Below are positions 56,306 to 64,000 of a stretch of 64,000 nt of DNA, piece after piece. The position numbers were made by a program, and so were the translations under genes. Under the pieces are notes generated by a model that made no database searches, was not told the origin of the DNA, and was given only the letters and a program-made list of their open reading frames with translations. The stretch is taken from assembly GCA_000002435.2 (NCBI GenBank), contig CM018791.1; one strand, 5' to 3'. Positions within the stretch are counted from its first letter, which is position 1; each line of letters starts with the position of its first letter. The DNA comes from Giardia intestinalis (Eukaryota).

Positions 56306-59013
56306 TGCTCCCATCCGACTTCCATTCGGATCACTTCAATGAGCACGCAAATGCCGCGGCGATTGAGAGGATCTTGAGCTCTGCCTCCTCGCGCCCTGAC
56401 GGGCTCCTCTATGAGTACGAGGCGTATGAGCTCTTCGAGCTAATCGGCATCAAGGTCCCCGAGTTCAGATACTTCCCTCTGCATTCGTCCCTGGCCTCCC
56501 AGATCAAGACCTTCATGAAGCCCAACCAGAAGTACGTCATCAAGTGCCACATCCCCGGGTGCCTCCACAAGACGGACATCGGCGGGATCATGCTCTTCAA
56601 GGACCGCTCGAACATCGAGGCTGACCTGGAGCCGTTTGTCAACAAGCTCAAGAGCGCCGGCCACAACCTCGAGGGTGTCATTGTTGTCGAGATGGCGAAG
56701 TTTTATGACAGTGGGATGTCAAACGGCGAGCTTCTGATCTCTGTCTTTGAGGACAGCAGTTTTGGCCCGTGTCTCTGCTTTGGCCTTGGCGGTACAGCCA
56801 TAGAATACTATGGGGACGTTATGAAGCAGTCCATGTCCACCGTTTTCCTTCCGGTCTTCTTGAACCTCAAGGAGTCTAAGCCAGCTCTTGCAGCCATAGA
56901 GCGTCTTCCAGTCACACAGTTCTTGCTGGGCGAGGTCCGTGGGAGCAAGGCGCAGGTCAGGTCCTTCAAGGACATCGTGAGCCCCCTCGCTAACCTTGCT
57001 GAATGCGTCAGGTACTATTCGAGATTCAATCCCAAGTCTAGATATGTTGTTACGGAGTGCGAGATCAATCCCACGGTCGTTGAGAAGGGTACTGGCTCCC
57101 TTTTGGCCCTTGATGGCGTTGTCCGCGTCGCCGTTAATCCCAACTTCGGGAAGCCGGCCCGCGAGATCTCCCTGTACAAAGTTGCAAAGCCGCTTTACAA
57201 GATGGGCTATCTCTTCGCCCCGCGCTCTGTCTGCTTGGCGGGTGTTTCTACCAAGGTCGAGTACAACCCCATGACGGTTGTCTGCAAGAAGTTCCTCAAT
57301 CTTCCTGATGAAATGAGACCCGAGATAGTTTGCATTCATCCCACAGCCAAGGAGATTTTTGGAAATAAGGTTTATCCGAGCATTTCAGCTATGATGGAGG
57401 ACCGCAAGGCCTGTGGCCTCGGCAACGTCGATCTGACTGTCGTTGGTATTCCAGCTGCCTCTGCTGGAGCGATGATGCAGGAAATTATTGATCTGAATGC
57501 AACCAAGGCTGTCTTTGTCATGTCCGGCGGTTTTTCTGAGACGGAAGCGGGTAAGGAGAGCGAAGATGGACTCAAGAGGTCTCTAGCTGCATTCGGGAAC
57601 GACACAGAGCGCCGCATGATCATCAACGGCCCGAATACTGTGGGCTATAAGTTCTCATTCGATGTACCCGATGCTGACACAATAGACAGATTGAAGGCGG
57701 AGGGGAACCATCTCGATGCGTTCAGACTGGAGTATCTTCACGACCCTGCCACCCATCTCGAGATCAACACCGTTTTCCTTGCTTCTTACAAGTCTTCTGG
57801 CCTTGAGCAAAATGGACGCCGCAACTGTGCGTTGATTGCCCAGTCCGGCGCATTCATGATCTCGCGCATTGGGGATCTTGCTAACCGTTGCAGGCCGCGC
57901 TGCTGCGTTTCTGTTGGAAACCAGCTCTGTCTCTCTGCGACTGACTGCTTGGAGTGGCTACTGGACGAGAACATTGCCAGGGATGCTGGCTGCACAGATG
58001 AAAAGCTTCTTTCTCTCGAGCGCTACAAGCCAATGATGAAGGTTATTGGCATCTACTCCGAGGGCTTGAACCCATTCGAAGGCATCCGCCTTATCTATCT
58101 GATTGCCAAGGCAAGGAGTCAGGGGAAGATCGTCATAATCTACAAGGCTGCGCGTACCGCTGAAGGCAGCTCTGCAGTTGCTGGCCATACAGCCGCGTTG
58201 GCAGGCAATTACAACGTCTTCAACGAGCTGGTCGACATGGCCGGCGGGTACAACGCCACCTCTGCAGACGACTTTGAGGATGCGTACTATACGGCTACGT
58301 GCATCGTGGATAGGCTAGGATCCCTGGATGCTGCTGTCCTAAGGCGCGAAAGGGCTGCGAAGGATAATCCGGCGCCGCCAGAGGTTGACTCTCATGGGCA
58401 CAAGAAAGCAGCCCCGAATCCTTCTGCAACCTGGATCAGCGGGCAGTCCAACGCCGGCTACGAGAAATGTGCAATGGCAGATCACATGTTTGCTCTTTCA
58501 ACGGTCAACTGCTCCCGCTACCTTTCACTTCCGCAGTTCGATGAGCCGTCGAAGCTGAAGATTGCCGAGCTTTTCAATAAGTATAAGGTCGGGTCAGTCG
58601 TTGACATTCAGGACATCCTGGACACGACCGCTATTCTTCCAGATCTTGCGTATGACGAGATTTCGCGCGCTCTTCTCTCCAGTCCCGCGGTGGACGCAGC
58701 CGTCATCGGGCTCATCTCCGAGACGCACGTCATTTGTACATTGGGCGGTGAGTATGGTGCTAAGTTCAATGAGGATTGCGTAGCGAATAAGGAGTCTGTT
58801 GTCAACAGGTATATTAACATTTGGCATGACCCTGCGCTCCAGAAGCCGTGGGTGTTCTGCAACGCTGGTGGTTGGAAGTATGACGAGCTGAAGGCTCACA
58901 TGACAGCCTGCGGTCTTCCTGTTTTCCCTCAGGTGGATCGCGGCTCAAGGGCCCTGACTGGAATCATCAGGTGTTGGCGTGGGCGTGACTGCCTCTATAC
59001 GCCTCACGATTGA
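56306..59013 (+). CDS. NDP-forming acyl-CoA synthetase family protein (ADP-forming acetyl-CoA synthetase-like)
   Basis: ATP-grasp segment: …YEAYELFELIGIKVPEF…VIKCHIPGCLHKTDIGGIMLF…. CoA-binding/Rossmann segment: …GNVDLTVVGIPAASAGAMMQEIIDLNATKAVFVMSGGFSETEAGKE…. Phosphohistidine loop: …GKIVIIYKAARTAEGSSAVAGHTAALAGN…. The track ORF starts at the ATG at 56101, inside the upstream gene. The start at 56306 (AATTTAAAAATG) is preferred. Confidence 0.6.
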
Positions 59014-59079
59014 TTTTCCAGGTGTAAATAAGGGCATTAGTTTACATACCGAGGACGACAGGATTGGGAGGCGTTGGCT

Positions 59080-60666
59080 TTAGGTGACTTCGTTCTCCTC
59101 ATACTGAACGATAGCAAAGCAAAGGATGTAGGATATTACACAGAGGATGAGGGTGCTCTGCTCCGAGACTGTCTTGGTAGTGCAACGAGGGGATCCGTAC
59201 TTATAGATCTCATATATGATCTCTTCGACAGACCCGCTCAGAATCTGGAGGTAGACTAGAAACGTTGTTGAAAGGTACAAGCACGTACGGGGCTCCAGCT
59301 CGTGGCAAATCTGGGAAAGGACACTGCATAACATTTGATAGACCGACGAAGGGATGTGGGGGATGTGGAGGTGGCAGCTCTCCAAGTTGGTAATTGCCCT
59401 CAGGGCGCCTGGGTCCGCCCCTGGGGTGCACTGAAAACTGATGTAGACAGACGGTACCACCGTTGTCGCAATGTATAGGGCGTCATCGGCCGTGCACGGT
59501 TCCTCACAGAGGGAGAACAGGTTCTGAAGGTCTCTAGAGGTAAGCTTGTCATTACAGCGCGTCAGGTCCAACCCGTCTGTTAGAAGAGAAAGGAACTTGA
59601 TAAAGTGCTTGAACGCTTGAATATGTGCTGCACCACTAATGTATCTTCTCAACGTAGTTAAGAAGCGCACCAGCTCAAAAATCTGGAGAGAGCTATTGCG
59701 GAAAACAGGCTTCTGAATGAGCTCTATCATTCCAAGGCATATGTTTCTAAGTGTGTCGGAGGAAAATGGAGGAATCGTCCCAGAGTCATTCTGAGACGTT
59801 GATGCAGACACAGACGATGATGAACCCAGGATTCTGAGGCTGTGGTACAAGTTCCACTGGAATGCAATGGAATCATATAGTCCAAGGAAGGTTCCCATTT
59901 TAGGTTTAGCATTAACAACGTACTTAGAAACGATCGTGCCAATGAAATTAGAGAAGTCAGTCAGTACCTGGGGGTTACGGCTAAAAGCGTCATCCACGAC
60001 GTCCAGGCCATTATCGCGATAGATGTTGTACTTGTAGTTATACTGCTTTATCTGCACCAGTGTCCGATTAGGTATAGTCGCGAGAATACGCTCGTCAATC
60101 CTACCATTGATGGCCTTATGTCGCACAAACCTCAGATAAGCTGAGTGCTCCTCGTCGCTCCAGACCCGGCGAGGTGCGCGCTTCACTGGCTGCTTTCCCT
60201 GGTTACCAGACAGCATTGCAGCATCAGCGGCCGCGGCGCCCCGGTCTCTTTTCTTCATCTCCAACCGGCTTGGCTTGGAAATAGTAAACCCCGTTCTGTC
60301 GTTACCACTGTTGGCACAGTCCTCTGACAACAGCGCACCTTTCACTGCAGGATCAGAACCGGTAGCATCAATAACAGATTGCCTAAAAGGCTGGACAGGG
60401 ACAGGAGCAGAAGTGGGGGCAGCCATCTCATCTAGTGTGGCCGCCTGCGGAAAGGACAGCACAGGTTGAAACGAAGGAACAGCCATGCCCCACGCTGGCA
60501 CTGCAGCCTGAGAGGACCCCTCTACAGGAAACAGCGGGTACAATGGAGAAAGCCCGCCATTGGGGTTTGCTGAAAATCCAAACGGCGGCGCCAACACGGT
60601 CTGAGATAATACACATGCTTGCTGATCTATAGATGACGTGTTATCATGGAGCTGACACGTGCTCAT
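59080..60666 (-). CDS. Myb/SANT-domain DNA-binding protein
   Basis: The single Myb/SANT repeat is RRVWSDEEHSAYLRFVRHKAINGRIDERILATIPNRTLVQIKQYNYKY (W-x2-EE…G…W/I…RT…Q). ATG at 60666. The N-terminus is Pro/Ala-rich low complexity. Confidence 0.5.
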   Translation of the reverse strand: MSTCQLHDNTSSIDQQACVLSQTVLAPPFGFSANPNGGLSPLYPLFPVEGSSQAAVPAWGMAVPSFQPVLSFPQAATLDEMAAPTSAPVPVQPFRQSVIDATGSDPAVKGALLSEDCANSGNDRTGFTISKPSRLEMKKRDRGAAAADAAMLSGNQGKQPVKRAPRRVWSDEEHSAYLRFVRHKAINGRIDERILATIPNRTLVQIKQYNYKYNIYRDNGLDVVDDAFSRNPQVLTDFSNFIGTIVSKYVVNAKPKMGTFLGLYDSIAFQWNLYHSLRILGSSSSVSASTSQNDSGTIPPFSSDTLRNICLGMIELIQKPVFRNSSLQIFELVRFLTTLRRYISGAAHIQAFKHFIKFLSLLTDGLDLTRCNDKLTSRDLQNLFSLCEEPCTADDALYIATTVVPSVYISFQCTPGADPGALRAITNLESCHLHIPHIPSSVYQMLCSVLSQICHELEPRTCLYLSTTFLVYLQILSGSVEEIIYEIYKYGSPRCTTKTVSEQSTLILCVISYILCFAIVQYEENEVT

Positions 60667-60834
60667 TCAGCCAAGCAAGTTTTTTATTTTAGAACGTATT
60701 TATATTCATAGAGTTATTTGAATCACCAAAAGGTGCCATCATCCGCAACGGGTTTACTGACAGGTTTTGGAGAACACTGAGTGCATGATGAGATAAACGC
60801 CATAAATGTAAGTTAGCCCGTACTGTGAAGGGCT

Positions 60835-63396
60835 TTATTTATCGTTTTTAGAAATAATCTGTGAGATATTCAAGAAATACAAGCACCCTTCACTGTCGCC
60901 TGCAACAAGAATTGGCGCCGGAGATACCGGCAGAATGCAGAGTGCGGTCACCTCACCAACACTAGTTGTCAAGCTGACCATAGAACCTAAACCCTCATCC
61001 TTAGCCAAGAAGATTGCGCCCGATTGTGTTCCAATAAAAAGAGTGCTGTGTACTTCGTCATACAGCATTGCTAACACGTTTCCAACGAGTGGATCGATAG
61101 AAATGCTGACAGGGTCATTCAGCTCCAGACGTCTGATACCTCCCTGGCGTACATCACAGACATTCACACTGTATCTATAGCATGTATTCTTATAGGAGAT
61201 AAATACCCACTTGCTACCGGCGCAGATACGTGGTTGGATGCCTAGCTCCCATGCCTCTATGTAATCTGTGAATTCACATTCATCCCTGGCACTATTTGCT
61301 GATTTGAATGGCTGCAAATGGACGACGTCGTGGGTTCCAGTCCCTACATCTATATTATATACTGATACTGTCCCTTGTTCTGTTATGGCGGCGACGGTTA
61401 CGCATGTACACCCAAGGCAGCCTGGGCGTTTAGCAGGAGTGACATCTAGAAACACAGCTTCAACATAGCTTTCACCGTAGATTGGTTTGGCAGAATATAT
61501 CTTTCTAAACAGAAATTGCGTTCCTGCTCTATGTGACTTATCGTAAGATGGCTTATAAACTTCCCAGAGCACCATGGTATCCTCTGTAACACGCCCAGCA
61601 ATAGATAATGTCACAAGATAGGCGCCATCTGGACTCTGGCACAGCCCCATGCAGTTACTCCCAGGAAAGTTGCAGCACTCTGCAATTTCAGGGAACTGCG
61701 TTGTTCCATGGAGAAGTCTATCCTCTGACGAGGTGTTGTATCCTTCTGCAAGATCCAGAAAATGGGAAAACCTTCTCAGGTCGTCGAGAGCAAAGACTGG
61801 AGGTCGCACAAAGGAACTTGTCGCTACTTCTCTCTCTGTCCAGAGTGGTGAAACAGTGAGCGAAAGTTGTGCTGGCATCCCTGCTATGGGATTTGTCACA
61901 AATACATTGTCTGTATTGGACTTCGTAGATCCGCTCTCACTTTCGAAGGGACCTCGGAGCCATCCGGGCACAGTAATGATACGGAGGACGTTCTCGTCTC
62001 CAACCATTGCGAAGCTCTGTTGATTGCGAGGCTCTAGAGCCAGGATGTCAAAGATTGAGCAGCCATGAATGACACACCAACAAAGGGGGAGTGTTTCAAA
62101 GGAGACCAGGACGCGGAAATCAGAAGAAGACGCTGATAACACAAGGGTATTGTTCAAAGATGCTATAGAGCCTGCGGAATCAGTCATAAATAGGCTCTGT
62201 ATCCGACTAATTCTTCCTGTGTGACTTTCTGGAATGTTATACCGAACAAACCTGCACTCCTGTACATCATTGCATCGAGAGTAGGCCACCAAGGCGCCGT
62301 CCCCAGTTATCCCAACGATATACTCTGTCGTGCCCGCAATCGAAACGAATCCCCGACCGATTTCTGTTTCTATCGTTCCAAGTACCTGAAGGTGCGTCGC
62401 GTCTATGTGGCCATCGCTTTTGGTTATTGTGTACATATTGATGATGCGATCGCTTCCACTTGTGCACAACAACGTAGGTGATAGTATAATAGAGCTCATC
62501 ATTTGGCCACTGTGCAATGGTAAAGTTGTTAATGAATAAATGGTCAAGAGCTGTACGTCAACAAAGAGTAAACGAGGCTTTGAGTAGAGAAGCGTTACTA
62601 GAAGAAGGAAGCCCGTTCCATGCGAGGAGAGAGCATCACTCAGAAATTCTGAGGAGGTGTCTGCGGGGAGGGCCGATAAGCTTGTGACGGCACAGCGCGC
62701 CTCAGCACCAAGGCTCGCGTTTATTGCAGCAGTCTGAATGGGGGTAATGACTCGATTGGCAAGATCAAAAACATACGTGTAGAGAGCACCAGTAATGGTT
62801 CCAAAGGCAAACAGAACAGTACTTGTATGGGAGCTATTATCTAATATTGAAACTACGCAGGATTCTGCTATCTGTGGCCATGGAAGACCAATCTGGCCTT
62901 CCCGATTCGACCCTCCATACCGATATGTGATAGAGTAAGATTGCGTACTGATGAGTAGCACCAAGCAGCCTGTAAGATCTGTGATAGTTACGACAATGAT
63001 GCTGTGGACAGCGCTGACCTGACACGAAATGGAAGTGATGGTACTGGATGTAACAACAACAGGTGCCATAGCAAGGTGAAGCATGGCACTGCCTTCTGTG
63101 ACATGCAAACAACAGACCCCGATGGATCCATCACTAGCTCCGAACACTAAGTGTGTCCCATGGGACGCGATAGCAGTAAGCTTTGATGGGAATGCAACCA
63201 CTCGCGTATGCGATGCCATAAAGGGTGGGACCATTGATCTCACAACAACTGATCCCCCAAGCACAAACACAAGCCAATCCCCGATAAGTTGATGACCGTT
63301 CCGAATCGCTCTGGGGGAGGCATTCATTCGAAGCATACTGGTTCCACCACTCTGCAAACCTACTAGGCCGTCCTCATCCTGTCTCTGTTGGCCCAT
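60835..63396 (-). CDS. hypothetical protein (853 aa), beta-propeller-like
   Basis: ATG at 63396. Repeated beta-strand-rich blades (…LVFGASDGSIGVCCLHVT…, …TLFIGTQSGAIFLAKDEG…, …ILVAGDSEGCLYFLNISQ…) suggest a WD40-like propeller. No specific family recognised. Confidence 0.4.
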   Translation of the reverse strand: MGQQRQDEDGLVGLQSGGTSMLRMNASPRAIRNGHQLIGDWLVFVLGGSVVVRSMVPPFMASHTRVVAFPSKLTAIASHGTHLVFGASDGSIGVCCLHVTEGSAMLHLAMAPVVVTSSTITSISCQVSAVHSIIVVTITDLTGCLVLLISTQSYSITYRYGGSNREGQIGLPWPQIAESCVVSILDNSSHTSTVLFAFGTITGALYTYVFDLANRVITPIQTAAINASLGAEARCAVTSLSALPADTSSEFLSDALSSHGTGFLLLVTLLYSKPRLLFVDVQLLTIYSLTTLPLHSGQMMSSIILSPTLLCTSGSDRIINMYTITKSDGHIDATHLQVLGTIETEIGRGFVSIAGTTEYIVGITGDGALVAYSRCNDVQECRFVRYNIPESHTGRISRIQSLFMTDSAGSIASLNNTLVLSASSSDFRVLVSFETLPLCWCVIHGCSIFDILALEPRNQQSFAMVGDENVLRIITVPGWLRGPFESESGSTKSNTDNVFVTNPIAGMPAQLSLTVSPLWTEREVATSSFVRPPVFALDDLRRFSHFLDLAEGYNTSSEDRLLHGTTQFPEIAECCNFPGSNCMGLCQSPDGAYLVTLSIAGRVTEDTMVLWEVYKPSYDKSHRAGTQFLFRKIYSAKPIYGESYVEAVFLDVTPAKRPGCLGCTCVTVAAITEQGTVSVYNIDVGTGTHDVVHLQPFKSANSARDECEFTDYIEAWELGIQPRICAGSKWVFISYKNTCYRYSVNVCDVRQGGIRRLELNDPVSISIDPLVGNVLAMLYDEVHSTLFIGTQSGAIFLAKDEGLGSMVSLTTSVGEVTALCILPVSPAPILVAGDSEGCLYFLNISQIISKNDK

Positions 63397-63485
63397 ATCT
63401 CAGCTCAATCTGTCTGCGTAACAAAAATGAAAAGGACATTTTAATAAAAGGACATTTTAATAAATAATGCAATCCATTTTAAGTG

Positions 63486-64000
63486 ATGAGCGAGGACAGT
63501 GGTGGCCCAAGCCGTGCCTGTGCCATCAAGGTTTATTGCCGGATACGGCCCATCATCGACCAAGAGACAGCAGTTATAACTGGTGACTCCCGCAGCAGGA
63601 CGCTTACTCTAACATCACCGGGGACTGCAACAAAGTGCTATCGCTTCGACCACGTCTTTGATAGCCACGCAACGCAAGCCGATGTGTTTGCGAAGGTTGC
63701 TAAGGACGTCATCCAGCGCGTGCTGTTGGGTTTTAATGGCGCTCTATTAGCCTATGGAGCAACCTTCAGCGGTAAGACATACACTGTGTCAGGCCCACAT
63801 TACTCTTCATCAGAGCGTGGCCTTATTCCCCGGACAATCAGCTATTTGTTTCAATTCTTTGAAGAATCAAATTCCCCAACGTTTACGATTGAGAACTACT
63901 CTATTAGCATCTCTTTTGTTGAGATTTATATGGAGAAGCTGCGAGATTTGCTAGCAGCGCCTAGCGTTGCTGAAGGGGAGCCGTCACAGGACCTGCATAT
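63486..64000 (+). CDS. kinesin motor-domain protein, 3'-truncated by the window edge
   Basis: MSEDSGGPSRACAIKVYCRIRPI…CYRFDHVFDSHATQADVF…GFNGALLAYGATFSGKTYTVSGP…GLIPRTISYLF…ISFVEIYMEKLRDLL carries the kinesin P-loop GxxxGKT and the motor N-terminal signatures. The ORF runs to the end of the window without a stop. Confidence 0.75.
   Translation, partial: MSEDSGGPSRACAIKVYCRIRPIIDQETAVITGDSRSRTLTLTSPGTATKCYRFDHVFDSHATQADVFAKVAKDVIQRVLLGFNGALLAYGATFSGKTYTVSGPHYSSSERGLIPRTISYLFQFFEESNSPTFTIENYSISISFVEIYMEKLRDLLAAPSVAEGEPSQDLH

Noticed and set aside
1-64000. Search for tRNA, rRNA, CRISPR, prophage, integron or defence-island hallmarks.
   Set aside because: None seen by eye. I found no T-loop GGTTCGA-type tRNA signatures in the intergenic spacers. 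The window is eukaryotic, so prokaryotic mobile or defence-system categories do not apply. A tRNAscan/Infernal run would be needed to exclude small ncRNAs.

Overview
This window is a compact, intron-poor eukaryotic chromosome segment, not a prokaryotic locus, and I see no novel prokaryotic-style system in it. The assignment to a Giardia-like diplomonad (G. intestinalis/lamblia-like) rests on the plus-strand gene 38264-42523. Its protein has a signal peptide, dozens of CXXC motifs, a GGCY motif and a single C-terminal transmembrane helix, and it ends in the invariant variant-specific surface protein (VSP) tail ...CRGKA. The VSP-specific extended polyadenylation signal ACTTAGGTAGTAAAC lies 7 nt after its stop.

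About 27 genes are tightly packed on both strands, mostly with tiny or overlapping intergenic spacers. Products I recognise:
- CTP synthase (3' truncated at window start)
- a p24/GOLD cargo receptor
- a USP-type ubiquitin hydrolase
- an ankyrin-repeat 'protein 21.1'-like coiled-coil protein
- an RNI-like leucine-rich-repeat protein
- a Cid1/PAP-type nucleotidyltransferase
- two single-repeat Myb/SANT proteins
- a long coiled-coil protein with internal repeats
- a cellular-type RNA-dependent RNA polymerase (DLDGD motif)
- a degenerate metallophosphoesterase-like protein
- an NDP-forming (ADP-forming acetyl-CoA synthetase-like) acyl-CoA synthetase
- a kinesin (5' part only)
- several large lineage-specific hypothetical proteins

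The most striking structure is the VSP gene itself. It carries about 14.8 nucleotide-identical 192-bp (64-aa) tandem repeats and sits between two unusually long non-coding stretches. An RdRP gene, a component of the RNAi machinery implicated in VSP switching, lies about 5 kb away. Other oddities are a protein built from about 24 decapeptide repeats, a CTP synthase whose glycine-rich ATP loop appears replaced, and small tandem duplications in two bidirectional promoters.

I found no tRNA, rRNA or CRISPR features by eye. The supplied ORF track uses alternative (TTG/GTG) start codons, so several starts were moved to the first ATG. All functional calls are from motif recognition by eye and need a database search to confirm.
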